A stretch of 64,000 bases of DNA from the human T2T-CHM13v2.0 reference genome, Homo sapiens: assembly GCF_009914755.1 (NCBI RefSeq), contig NC_060930.1; one strand, written 5' to 3'. Made by a program: the position numbers and the translations under genes. Below are positions 1-14,499 of this stretch, in pieces (within the stretch, counting starts at the first letter, position 1; every line of letters starts with the position of its first letter). A model generated the notes under the pieces. The model was not told the DNA's origin. It made no database searches and saw only the letters and a list, made by a program, of their open reading frames with translations.

Positions 1-194
1 GAGGCATGGAAGGGGTTGAGGACTACTAGGGAGCCTCTGTGAGGCACACTCCTGTCTCAATGAGATATGTACCTTCAAGGCGGCCCCCCAGGCTTGTCGG
101 AGGGCAACAGGTGCCAGGGCCCTTGAGGGCATAAGGCAAGACCACATATGGAGGGTAGGATGGAGGAGAAATATCTACTAGGACCCAATTTCGA

Positions 195-348
195 GCAGTG
201 CTTCTCAACTTTAGGGTGCACTCAAATCCCCTGGGGATCTTAAGATACAGACTCTGATTCACTGGGTTTGGCATGAGACCTGAGATTCTGAATTTCTAGT
301 GAGCTCCCACGTGATGCAGATGCTATGGGTCCTTGGACCACATTTGAG
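195..348. mobile_element. MER5A-like hAT-Charlie DNA transposon fossil in LEMD2 intron 3
   Basis: Begins CAGTGCTTCTCAACTTT and ends GGACCACATTTGAG, with internal GATTCTGAATTTCTA...CTCCCACGTGATGC, resembling the MER5 family. Recognised by eye; ends approximate. Confidence 0.65.
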
Positions 349-1526
349 ACACAAAGGTTTGGAACACTCTCTTAGGTCAGAATTGACATCCCAAGCACCT
401 GGGCCGTACAGAGGAATTCCTATGATGCTGTGAGCAGGAGCCCCAGTACCTGTTTCTCCTCCAAGTGCTCATGGATGCCTCCCCTACCATCTCATCTCTC
501 ACTTTCAAGAGGGAGGAGGCAGAAGAGCTGATGCTCATGAGATTGACCCTGAGGACTGAGGGCCCAGGAGAAGTCCACCCGACCCTAATTTCCCAGTGAA
601 ACCTTAGACAAGGGTTGACCTCACAATCCTAAGACCTGTCCTCTGACCCCACAGGTAAGAGGCGCCTCTTGAATATCCCTTAAGATAGAACTGCTCTGTC
701 TGGTTCTTGTGTCCAGCGCATTTAACACAAGGCGCACATGCTGATATTCACCTATGTCAACTGCAAGTGATTTTGAGAGCCTCCTGGATGCCAGGCGTCG
801 GGCAGGACATAATAATGCAGGTGGTATCTCTGGCCTCAAGGAATAACTTCACCAAATAAAACAGTAGGGGATGCATCTTCTGGATGCATTTTCAGGGGCA
901 TTTCACAGAGGTGCTGAGAATGCCCTCCTTTAGAGGACAGCACTTGACTCTCATTTGTAGAGAACAGACAGACCCAAGAGCCCTTGGTCAGACAGGGAGA
1001 TGAAGACCCTGAGAGGATCAGGGACTTTGTCCGAGGTCCCACAGCCACATGGTGATCAGGACCAGATGTGACACCAGGGCCCACTACACAGACTATCTGC
1101 TACTTGCACAGGCAAGAGGCCTCTCCCGGGCCCAGCCAACCACCTGGTTCAGAGGGTCCCTCTAGGGTGAAGGACACAGATCCTGACAACACCTGGGGCT
1201 TGGCCCCTTCCCATGCCAACAGAGACCCCCAAAGCATTAGGTAGTGGGCATCCCCAAGAAGGAAGAACAGCTGCAGGAAGGCCTGTTCACATGCCAGGAC
1301 CTCCCTTAAAGAGGAGCAAGAATCAAATATGTTTTGTTCAAACACAAGGCTTATAAAAGATGTGCCTGAGTGAGGAGGCGAGAAGGTGAGACTCGGCTTC
1401 TGAATATGCCTTCTGAGAGACAACCAGGGAGTGTCTCGCTGGCCAGCAGCAGTGTAACTAAGCCTGATGAACCGGGTCAGCCGCCCATAGCTCTCACAAG
1501 AGGAATCTCAGGACTTACGTGACTTA

Positions 1527-1718
<192 letters not shown>

Positions 1719-3913
1719 TCATACTTTTACAAAATAGAAAAAAATTCTGCCAAGTGCTGGGCCTAGGGAGAGAGTTGATAAATATTGGGTTAACTGCCTG
1801 AGAAAGACCCTGGAGAAGCAGAGGCAAAGCTGAAAGCAGACACTGTAACCAAGGGGCTGCATCCCAGAGGCTCCTGGCTCCTGCCTTTCCCTTGGAATGA
1901 CGGCCATTAAGAGGGCTGAGCAGAGGCGACGTGGTCGGGGGATGATGCAGTCGCTCAGCTTCCTCAGAGGAAGAGCAACTGCTGTCGGAGTTTGCAGAGA
2001 TGGGAGAGCTGGAAGAGCTAGGAGAGCTTGCAGACAGGGCAGAATGTCAGCAGCTGCCATCTCGTCTCCCGTTAGGTGGAATCTCAGAGCCCTCATCTGA
2101 GTAAGGATTGTGGTAGGATTCAGTGCGAACTCACACAAACCACTCAGCAGAGGCTGCTACCACCTAAAGGAAACAGGAGGACAGACGGTACCAGACAACG
2201 AGACGGCCTGATTAAGACAACACACCCACTCCCAGCCTGTCCCCACGTTTTCAGCAGCACAAAGGCAGAAAGAAAAACACAAAGTGTCACCGTCTTCAAC
2301 GACCGAAAAGGGAAAGAACATGAATCTGAAATTCAAATGCCCGTCTGTGATCTCGGTAAGCCTGGAGCCATGCAAAGAATAAGACTTTCAGCAAGAGCCT
2401 CACCAAAGCCAAGAAACACGTCCCCACCTGCTTGTTCCTGTGTCCACCCTCCAGAAAGGCCAAGGGTGCCCCATGAAATCTTAGCTCCACAAAGCCTGCA
2501 TTGAGATGGCCCAGCCCCTGCTTTCTGATGCTCTGATGAAGGTCTGAATGGTTACAAATAGGGATATCTGCGTCTGAAGCCCTCGCTGGCAGGTGCTGAA
2601 TGCCGTCTGCCCACGGAGCGCATCTGTAGCTAGGACCTGGAGGGTACCTGTCTGGGCTCACTCAAGTGGAGCCTGAGTGTGTCCAGATCAGAGAAGGCCA
2701 GGGAACAAATGTGCCATTCACTTGTGGGTCTGATTCATTTAGAGATGTGAAGGACCAAGAAATAGAAACCATGGAACTTTTTTCTAATTAAAAGACAAAA
2801 CTAACAGCACTGAGAAGTCTTACAGAAAGTTATTTTTTCCTGTTTTTGTTTTAAGTCTTCAAATTCCAGTTTCCCCTCTGGCTGCCTGTGTTTCTGGGCC
2901 ACTTCCTCTCATCATCAACTACAGTTTTTATGATAGAAGGCAGATTAAACTTACTATGAATCTGTTTTTACAAAACAATTGGGAAGCAAAGATATTTGGT
3001 GGATGAATCCAATAAATGGATGTAATAAAACACCCCCAACTATGACACACCCGAAGCCAAAGAGAAATAAAAGCCGTTATCTGCACCAGGATGCCCCCTC
3101 ATTTACATGAGTAAGACAGTCAATGCAGGGCTGGCCAGAGGACCATGCGTCATTTTCTTTCCCAGCCCCTGGGCTACTAGAGATGTTAACTAAGGACTTG
3201 GGAGGCCAGGCATTGCACACTTAATTAGACTACTAAGTCATGCCCTCTGGCAGCACAAGACTCCTCCTGGTACAATTTAAGACCTGAAAATTTACTGCCC
3301 CATATCTTCTCCAGACTGTCACCAGAAGCAGCATCCCAGCTCCTTGATAATGCTGCTTTCATGATTCATAAATGGATGGGGCTGCTCGCCATATTAGAGC
3401 TTCATAAAACAAATCTAAATGTAGACTAAGAGGGCTAATTCCACTTAAGATGTGTTCCAAACAAACTCCCTATGTTTCAAATCAGAACAGCATTTTCAGA
3501 GCCACAGCTGCACCACTGGAGACAGAGAATGTGGAATTGAGAACTTGGCCTCCTGATGCTTAGAAACGCCGGCCCTTCCTCCCAGTGCCAGGGAGCTTGA
3601 GGGTCCTTCAACAACAACCTACTGCATCCCCCTAGATTGACTCAGGCAGATCAAAGTCCCCGATGCTACATTTGATGGGAAAGTGTCCATAACAAGCCCA
3701 GGGTTGGATTTTGGGAGGTCAATTCTATTTCAAGTATTCCTTCACTGCCACAATTGAGCCTGACAAGAACATCACAGAACACAATGTGACTCTGGTACAT
3801 TACAGGAAGCACTCCCTGAAAATGATCCTATTCTTTTTCTGGGGAAGTTTACCTCCTGATGGAGGCTAATATCCTCAGGAAGAATAATAAAAACCAGAGA
3901 AACTCAAACTCAC

Positions 3914-3954
3914 CTCATCTGTTTTTCTCTCACAGTCCACTGGCAATAACTTCA
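3914..3954 (-). CDS. LEMD2: LEMD2 exon 2 (41 nt), (M)KLLPVDCERKTDE
   Basis: Acceptor ttttcttggtctcag|TG and donor GAG|gtgagt. The phase-1 start completes A|TG from exon 1; 736+41=777 nt restores phase 0. Confidence 0.96.
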
Positions 3955-5375
3955 CTGAGACCAAGAAAAGAAACACAGAGGAAATTAAGTGTGGGTTGAG
4001 AAAGGAATACAAAAAGAGACTACTCACAACATTTGGAGGGAGTAAAGCATTACCAAGCCAAGGGTGGGGATTAGAAAGATGTCATCTAAGGAAGGCACTT
4101 TTAAAATGCAGACAGCAAAATGTAAGGGTATCCAAATCCTGGATTAGGAATTACGATAGCTGGGTCCTTGTCCCAGCTGAAAATGATTAGCTCAAGTTTC
4201 TTGGGCAACTCAACCACTCTGAACCTCTGTCTCCTCGTCTGTAAAACGGGATCAAATGGGCCTTCCCTGCTTAACTCAGGGAGTTAGGCCCAAACAAAAC
4301 AAAATATAGGAGTTTTGTAAACAATGATATGTTAAACAGAGATTAACACCGTAATGGGAGGGGAAGTCCAGGTAAATACCAGCATACATTCTAGCGCTGT
4401 TGTCTTAAAGCATCTCAGCAGTGAGTACCAGTGTGATACTGTTTGACATCACCAGTGTAGTTATAGTACCATGACACTCCCAGGTCTCCTTAATTTCTCT
4501 AGCAGGTCGACAAACTATTCACATAGTTGATAAATGCTCTCATAGTGGGGAAATCATTTGGGTGTTTGCACACGAGTCTGTTAATACCCTTGCCCACAGA
4601 CTTGTACACTCCCAAACATCCATCTGCCACACCAGCTAAGACATACTTTAGCTTTTTCCTGTATTTTGGCAGTTCCTGCTAGGCATGAAAGGATGTGGCC
4701 TTGGCTGGAAGCTGGGAACAGTATTAGTCACATTCGTGCTTTGTAAAGAGTATTAAAAGTTGGTGAACTACAGTGGCCCTTTATACCTAAATGTATAATG
4801 AAATGATCTCTATGTTTCCTTTCAGAAAACACACAATCCTCAGCTATTCCGGATACATACTGTATCCTGCAGACCTCTCATTGGCATATCTAACCATGTA
4901 ACTTAAATGTGGCCAGAAGGATGGCTGTGAGCATCCTTGAGTCGTAGTCTCTCTCTTAACACACTCCATGAGGGTGCTACAAGCAATGATAAGGGCCTCC
5001 AGTTGCGATCAGTTTAACCTGTCTGGCAAGCAAGGCTGGTAGATTCTCCTGTTGACAAAGCGGCGGCCCTGTGATTCAAAGAAGTGGAGAGTGGACTTTT
5101 TGGTGCTACAAAGGTGGGACCCCCAACCAGATCCTATCTGTGGGCCACTGAAATCTGGAGTGCCTTCAAACAGGCACTAAATGTGTAAGCCAGAGGTCAA
5201 AAGGGAAGAACCCAAACGGATGGGGTGAATCTGTTAGAGGGGGGTGTGGCTTCCTCTCCAGGGAGAAAACCAGAGGTTGGAGGAGCAGTGACTACAGCTT
5301 GTGATTGAAAGGGAGACGTTAGAAGGGAGGGCTGGGGCAGAAAAGGAGAACAGGAGAAAGTGAAGGCAGAAATTA

Positions 5376-6506
<1,131 letters not shown>

Positions 6507-6512
6507 TTAAAT

Positions 6513-6543
<31 letters not shown>

Positions 6544-6552
6544 CTCTCTCTC
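6513..6552. repeat. (GTTTT)n followed by (CT)n simple repeat at the CpG-island edge
   Basis: Direct reading: tttttt(gtttt)5 gtttt ctctctctct. Confidence 0.9.
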
Positions 6553-9500
6553 TCCGCTCTCCCACTTCCCTTTGTTTGTTAGATCAAGCGGTATTAATCT
6601 CTGAGTCCTCCAACCCTAGCTCTGCCTCTGGCAGGTGGTAAGCGTTCAGTAAAGTCAGCGTTGATTTAATAGATGAATTGCTTAATGGTGAACGAAGCCA
6701 CTGCCACGAATGGAGAGACAGGATGATTTGCCTCTCTGGGCTTGGGGACTGATGTGTGATCCGGTTTTATTTGGGTCTTAGAGTACACTCCAGGCATGCT
6801 CCAAGACCCTGTCCCGACTTCGGGCTTGTTAACTGGGCGACACTGAGCACCAAGTAGGTGCGATCCCTGCCTTAGGACAGACACTGGCCCCCAAGGAGCG
6901 CCAGCCTGGAGGAGACGCAGCATCCATGGTGGAGGCAGAGGAGCAAAATGCCCTTGGGTTCGAATGGGCAGTTGAGGCTTCTCTGCGGAGGGCCTGTGTC
7001 TGCGTAATGGGATTTTTACAAGGAGACATGGGAGAGAGAAGACTCCAGAGATACACGGTCTTGCAGCCTCACTGGTGGTTTAGGTTGTGGGCTTTGGAGC
7101 CAGACAGTTCGATTTCAAATCCCTACTCACAACTATTAGATGTGTGATCATATTCAATTAACATTGTTAGCCTATTTGCCAGTAAACCTCAATAGAGTTG
7201 CTGTGAGGATTAGAAGAGGTAGTTTGGCTAAGGTGCTTGGGACAGTGCCTGGCACACGTTCATGCGTGTTTATACTTAACCCACATCTTTGCAGTGTCAG
7301 TGCTGTGTAGAGCCTCCCACAGGGCAGGTGATTTGGTTACATGAAGGCTCTTAGCAGGAAACCCCTAAGGGAAGCAAGGGAATGTGGCAACTGGAAATAG
7401 AACCAGTTTATAATCTTCCTTCCACATCCCTCAACTCCCATTCCCAAACATTTATTGCCGGCCCAATGGGTTCCATCCATTTCTACCCCTGCCATTCCAT
7501 TCTCCCCTTCCCCCAGGCCCCTCCTCCCTGGAACTGCCCCGTATCTGTCCCAACAGCCCCCTTGCCCATTCCCCACTTTATTCCCTCCCCTCCCTGACAC
7601 CCTGGGCAATGCTATGCTCCTCTGTCTGGGTTTTGCATTCCTGCCACTTGCTCCACCTCAGGGGTATTCAACACTGGCCACAATTGCTGGGAAAATGACA
7701 GCCTCGGCTTGGTCAGCTTCCACTGTTAGCCTCCCCATCTCCCCTGACTTAGCTGCTCCCATGTGGTGTGATTTCTCTCACCAAGTGTTGTTTTCCTTTT
7801 CCCTGCATGTGTTTGCACAGAATGCCATGAATTTGATATAGTGATTGCCTAACACATATACCACATAATAGTATTTTATTTCTTTCTGAAGCACTGTTTG
7901 CATGACAAATGAGTTGGTAACATTTGTGCAACTCCTTGCAGCTGTGCGGTTCAATATATAAAGAATGAGCCTTTCGGCATCAGTACTGGCCCCATGTATT
8001 CTAAGAGGGCTTGAAACTAATGCTTAAACAAAGTTATCGTTACAGCATTTCACAGAGTTATGGTCTATTTTATAACAATGGATCTCAGGGCGATTTAAAA
8101 ATATGGACTGAACTGGAGCCACCCCCAGTGGTGGCACGCAATGTGGGCTTTGTCAGCTTCCTTGTGTTTGGGGACACTGCTGCCGCTCCACACACGTAGG
8201 GTCAAGTGGCCCACAGCCCCTCCCCCAGAACCCTGTTGTCTTCCCTGTGGTGTAGAACCCACTGTGCTTGGAGTTGTGGCCTTTGGCCACCCATGGTCAG
8301 CCCTTTTACCTCCATTGTGGCTTCTGGCTGTGGATGGCCTTGTCTTGCAGGATCTTACAGGCAGGCCTTTGGATGTGCACCAAGGGGCACCCAGTGACCA
8401 CTTAACTGCAAATTTGCTGATCAATGCTCCCCTTCCCCACCCCCTCTGAGAAGGAACCTCACAAGTTAGTCAGGCGTTCCTCCCAGTTTTTGGGCCTTTC
8501 CATTTCATCCTGAATTCCCAGCTCCAGTCACGTTCCTGCCCAGATTTATAGCCCCTCTTTGGTTTAGTGAAGTTGGCGTGTTGCTTTTTGCTTTCCTCCA
8601 CACAACCATCCACATGCTGCCCTCCACTTGGAAGGGCTCGACCTCAGCTCTTCTTTGCCACTGCTGCCCCTTCGGGAGCTACCCACGAAACCTGCCAGGG
8701 CTTCTGGCAGCCAGCCTTTCTGTGCCTTCAGCCTGGCTCTCCTGCTGGGCCTGTCCATGGCAGGAAGGCTTATTGTAAAGAAAAGGGCAATATTGCAAAG
8801 TCAGAGGCTGCTCTGCATGCCCTCCTTTCTCATCACTTTGCTGTGGGTTTTTTTTTTAAGGTGAGCAGCAGCTTAGGCTGTGGTCAGTCTTCCTGATGTA
8901 TTAAAGGCAGAAGAGGAAAAACAAGCTCCAATATCTAAATCTACTTAGTAACCACATCCACACATTTATCAGAGGTGAAGGGCTGCTCTGAGCACGCTCT
9001 GGATTCCCGGGGGGCTGCCATACTCCCTTCCGTCCCGTTGACCTCTCTCTGTCTTGGCAGAGCCTTATAATAATCACAGCCATAAATCTTTTAGTGGGTT
9101 CCATTCTCTTCGTCCTCCTGCAAAAAGCCCTGCACACATTTATCAGGTCCTCAAAGATACTCAGGGACCACGGAATCGTCCTTGATCCACCTCATGGAGG
9201 GCCTCACGTATTGCCTCAGCTATTCAGGGCTTCCTTCAAACTACATTATAGGTGGCATTACAGTGGGGGCAGGGCACCGGGAGATTGTGGTTGAAAAGTG
9301 GGGGCCATGTGGGGCTCATATTTTGACTGGAATGACCCAGGAACACCCAGCTTCTCACTGCTCCATCTCAGTGCCTTATGGAAGAGGAGGACACTCTTTT
9401 CCTCTCTCTAGGTCTGAGGGTGCATCAGCTAAGGGGGAAAATGGAGTCACAGAGAAATGCCAGAATGGTATTTCATAATCTGTTGAAAATTAAACAAATC

Positions 9501-11866
9501 TCTCACTCTTTTGACTGCTCTCACACTTTGATATCCATGAGTAAGAGTTCCTTCAAAGGCATGGAATATATTACCGAATGTCAATAACAAATTGTGTATG
9601 AAGAAAAATGTAATGCTTTGAGAATATTTTCTTTTGGGCTTTGTCCATGATTAGATTACACTAAATTACAGCATACAGATATCAGGCAATTACTCTTTGC
9701 TTTTAACTATTCAATTTCATGGCAAATCCACATAGCGCAGTAATGCTAAAATCACACCGATGTGGTTACCAAGAAAATACCTCATCATCTCCATTTTGTG
9801 AAGCTAGGTTCAAGTTGCACTGTAATGACCTGTAGTCCTGTTAAGTGTAAAGTACATTCCAGATGAACATGGGGTAATCCGTACCTCTCTGTAATTGCCA
9901 GATATCTGGAGAGATTCTTGCAGATGTTGCTGGATAAGCCTGGGTGAGATGTGAAGAGGAATGGCATCTTTGCTCTCCTGGTTACTCTGGCTACCCTCCC
10001 TGTCTCTGATCCTGGTTGGTCTCTGGTCCTACTCATTCTATTGCTTTAACCAGGAGCATGTCTCCTTTTCTTCTGTTTTGTGAAAACATAGTCATTTTCT
10101 CTTCACTCAGCTCACAGAATCCTCCCCAACCTCCTCCCAATTTTAATTTCTTCCAAAGCTGTGGATATCCCATAAGCAATCAAGTCGGCTGTCCTGGAAA
10201 CTGGAGGAGCTTGTTGGTGAAAAAAGAATTATTTGAGCCAATTGTGAGAAATCGAACAGTGGCAGGAGGAGGAAAACGAGAGAAGAAAGGAGCCGACACA
10301 TCTAAACAAGCAGCCAGGGCACTGTGCATACAGATGTAGGTGGTAGCTGGGTCCCTGTTGCGGCTCATTACTGAGAAGCACATCAGAGGCCGCGGGGTGA
10401 GGGTTGGGGCTGCCGGGCGGCAATGCTGAGCTTTGAACGGGGCTTTTCTGCAGAATGGACAGCACCCTCTCCCTTCCCCAGTGCTGTAGTTGCTGAACCC
10501 ATTCCCACCTAAACAGTGCAGACCTCCTGGGCAGAGTCTCCTGTGGGCCCCATGTCCCTCCATGGTGGGTGTCTATTTCAGTGAGAGGCTCTTCAACACC
10601 CAGAATCTCAGGGAAAATTCCCCAGCCAGTGCTGGGCTCCCCCCCAACCCAGAAATGGGCACCCCCTCTGGTGATAGGGGAAGGCGGTCTCCCTACAGAG
10701 GCAGATTCCAGCAGAGGGTGAGGGAAGGACACAAAATGCGTTTTCCACGGGGAAAGGGACCACCGTGAGCATCTCGTTTCTCTGCTTCTTGGAGTGTGTT
10801 ACAGAAAATGGGGTGAACTGGCGTGGTGGAGCTCGGAAGGGCAAGGAGGAGCCTTGGATCCAGATCTTCCCAGCAGCAGGCTTTATAGATTTCTGTGTCT
10901 CCCCCGCTGCCCCCCGCATGCCCTTCTGCTGCAGCCCTCTCTCTCTATTACCGGGCATCTTGGCAGCATTTCCCGGGAACCTGCACCTGCTCTGGGGCTC
11001 ATCGGTATATGTGCTGGAAATGCGTGTGAATGTTCAGCGTGGCGGGGGTGGGAGCCCATGGATGGTTTGAGTGTTTCTCAGGAGAATTCAGAGTACCTCA
11101 AATGAGGGTGCCTTGTTCAGCAGTGGAGTTCTTGTTCTGGTAACTACTTTCTGTGGCTAAGCCTGGGTGGAAATGCAGAATGGACACTGTATCTAATTGC
11201 TGGTAACCTATGGATGGAGGGAGCTGCAGTTCCAGTGTGGCCCCAGTTTATAAATACATGAACATTCATTAATGTAAAATTAAATTGGAATGAAATTTCC
11301 CATCCAGTTTTGTTTAGAAGGCAGAAATAAGTGGGTTGGCTGTGTAATTTTGCTGCGGATGCTGGAGTTGGTAGTCACAAGGTGCTAATAGTAATTTGCT
11401 CTTTGCTTGTGCCTCCATCCCAGATCTCGAGGCAGATATTACCACCTTGGTTTTGCACAGGCTCATTGAGGTTAAAGGGCTGGTTGGAAGTTACTTGGCA
11501 AGGGGTTGAGTGCGGAGGCCCTAAAATTCTCTGGCCCGTTAGACCTTGAGCTAGTCAGTAAACTAGAAATGGACCGAGACCCGGGAGACCTGAATTCCAG
11601 TCCTCACTCTGTCACTGACTCAGTGTGTGGGCAAAAAATGATCAGTTTCCTCACCTATAATGGAAGGGCCAGTGGTACTCTTCCACTTATTTGGATCTGA
11701 GTTAATATTTGAACTTAGACCTCACAAAAGGCACACAATGCTAATGTAAGCATCATTTATGGCCAACTTTCTCTGAGCTTTACTTTCCCCCCCTTTTTCT
11801 TGCGACCTGAGTTTGCCCTTTGGGAATTAAAATATTAAATAAGAGTCATTTCTGTATATTTCATGC

Positions 11867-11872
11867 TTTATT
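11867..11872 (-). terminator. MLN: MLN polyadenylation signal AATAAA (cleavage expected near 11850)
   Basis: TTTATT on the plus strand ~135 nt past the MLN stop codon, followed on the minus strand by a U-rich element (CTTATTTAATATTTT). Confidence 0.85.
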
Positions 11873-12004
11873 TGCTGGAGGGGAATTTGCTTTGGAAAGG
11901 GTGTTTTCCTTCCAAGCCCAGCTGGCAGGCTCTGTAAATTCCCAGGGCCTCACTTGGGCAGGAGGGGCCTCCCAAATCTGTCCACCTTCTCCCCAGCGTG
12001 GCCA

Positions 12005-12015
12005 TCACTTGGCTG
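12005..12015 (-). CDS. MLN: MLN exon 5 coding part: (A)AK-stop; 3' UTR continues to ~11850
   Basis: Acceptor tctgcttttctccag|CA GCC AAG TGA completes G|CA from exon 4. Total 39+39+34+3 = 115 aa. Confidence 0.93.
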
Positions 12016-12682
12016 CTGGAGAAAAGCAGAGGTTTGCGCTCAGTACCATCATCAGGTCTGCTTATGAAACTGCCCTCTAAAACTTGCCTGCAGGTCGGAG
12101 GGAGGAGGGGGCACAAGGGCAGGCTGGGCGGGAAGGTGGGAAGTTTTGCAAGGAGCCTGCAAGCTGTCTGTAGCCTGGGGCAAGTCATTTAACCTCCCAG
12201 TTTCTCCATCACTAACAGCACTTCCTCGAGTCTCTCCTCTCCTCCTGGGGACTATGAGAAGTAATTAGTGGCTGTTTGTCAGAGGAGATGTAGCTTTGCT
12301 CAGGTAACTCGGGCAGACCTTGAACTGGGCAAGGCCAAATGGGGCTCAGGACTTTAATCTGCAGAATGAATGGGGGAAGGGAAAGCCTCACCAAGGTTCC
12401 CTTCGGAGCAGCCACCCTGTGGTGATGTTGTGGAAGGGAATGAAAATATCTGGAGCAGGGGAGTGGGGTGGGTAGCTGGGAACCCAGCCTGAGACCCGCC
12501 TCCCTGGAGAACTGCTGCAGCCACCAGCAGGTATCACAGCATAGCCCAGGGAGAAGACGGCTCCACATTCTCAAGTGCAAAGCAGCCAAACAAATTGCCA
12601 CCCTGAAACCCTGCCTCTGGAGTATTAACGCCAGGGTGGGCGGAGGCCGGCCAAGCCACAGAGATGCCCGCCCTCCCCGTAC

Positions 12683-12785
12683 CATGCTGGGGAAGCATCT
12701 CACTCAGCAGCCCTTCCAGGGTGGCCGGGTACTTTTCCAGCTGTCTGGAGTTCATCCTCATTCCAATTTCCAGAGGAGCAGTCAG
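12683..12785 (-). CDS. MLN: MLN exon 4 (103 nt), LTAPLEIGMRMNSRQLEKYPATLEGLLSEMLPQH, motilin-associated peptide
   Basis: Acceptor ttatttcacag|CTG and donor ATG|gtacgg; contains the conserved motilin/ghrelin-family propeptide motif APLEIG. Confidence 0.96.
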
Positions 12786-13106
12786 CTGTGAAATAAGGCA
12801 GCGTTAACAACGAGGGAGAGGTGGAGAGGGCCCTTAACCCCTGGGTGCACTACAGGTGGCAGGAGGGACCCTTGGGAGCCACACCACCCTGCAGACCCCA
12901 CTAGAGCCTCTAGGGATGGCTGGGAATTCTGCCACCTTCCCCTAATTCTAACCAGAGGGCTGGATCCTGAAGGTCACTGAGTCCTGCTGAGGGGATCAAT
13001 ACACCTTCCATAACGGGGAAGCTGGGACAGGAGGGGTGGGGTCAGCAGGAACCCCAGCAGGCTTTTCTCATGGGGAGGGAATTCACTCCCACCTCAACAA
13101 TTATAG

Positions 13107-13351
<245 letters not shown>

Positions 13352-13379
13352 TATTCTAAGCTTTACACTTATTCTAAGT

Positions 13380-13560
13380 GCTTTATGTATGTTAACCTCT
13401 CAATAGCTCTGTGGGGTAGGGATGGTTAGTGTTCCCATTTTGCAGATGAGGAAACTGAGGACAATGAGATTGAGTAACTTGCTCAAGGCCGCACAGATGG
13501 TAAGGAGCAGAGGAAGAAGACGGTACACCCAAGGGGCCTGGCTCCAGGGTCTGTGCCCAC
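13380..13560 (-). mobile_element. MIR SINE fragment
   Basis: MIR core CCCATTTTGCAGATGAGGAAACTGAGG...AGTAACTTGCTCAAGG. Confidence 0.75.
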
Positions 13561-14499
13561 AACCACCAGGCTACCTTTCCTCTTGTTGTCTGGAGACTCT
13601 CCACCAAAGAGGTAGTTGCAGCCTTGAGGCAGAGCCTAGGGCGCTGATTGATCTCCCCGTCCCCGCTCCGCAGAGCTTCCTGGATCAATGCTCTTGCTGC
13701 ACAAACTAGCCAGCAGACTGGGAGACTCCTGGCCTCTCGGGAGAGTTGCCCTGGAGGAGTCCCAGCACCTGCTCCCCTGCCTCCCACCGGGCTCCCTGGG
13801 TTCCAGGAATGGGCCTCCTAGACGCTTGGGGGCTCAGGGTGCCTGAAGGGCATCTGAAGGGCCCCAGTCCAGTTCTGCCTGTGCCGTTCCCAGCTGTGGT
13901 TATGCCTCTCCCTCTAGACCCTCCAGCAGGGTCCTTACTTAACACAAGGAGGCTGGACTGGACAATCCCAAAGGGCCCTCTCAGCTCTGTATGTTGTGGT
14001 TGTAGGAGATGGAAAGAGGTGAGAGGTGCCCCACCCAAGCCTCCCCAAGAAGGCTTCATGGACATACAATGTCCCCGGGCAACCTTGGAGTTAGTGCCTC
14101 AAACTCCGACTCAGCTGCATTTAGGAGGTGATTCTGAGTGTGCTCCCTGCTCACCAGCTGCTGGATTCCCTCCCAGCTCCCTCCTCAGGAGCCCAGGGAG
14201 TTCGGAGTGGATATGGGGGGAAAGGGGCCCCACCTCGCTGAGTGCAGAGTGCGGCAACAGCACCCAGGTTGTTTTCTGGGCCCAACAGCACCGGGAAAGA
14301 TCACTGGCCTGTGTCCAGTGGGAGGTGGGAGTCCAGCTGGGTTCTGCCCTGACTCCTGTGTGACCGTGACAAGGCCCCTGCTCTCTCTGGATGTCAGTCT
14401 TCTCGCCCCTCAGGCCCCTTTATGTGGTAGCGACCCACACTCAGGTCTGGGCCTCTTCTTTTCCATCCACACCTGTCCCCTCAAATGGCTCACCCAGGC

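Noticed and set aside
1719-2661. Intronic ORFs of 121-142 aa in LEMD2 intron 2
   Set aside because: No recognisable homology, several start at non-ATG codons, and exons 2 and 3 already join in frame.
8560-9300. Faint resemblance of minus-strand translations (FEGSPE, IIRLCQ, CGWLCGG) to a Ty3/gypsy gag
   Set aside because: Motif spacing is wrong, there are many stops and no proper CCHC knuckle. It would need a significant tBLASTn/HMM hit against PEG10/RTL gag profiles to be reconsidered.
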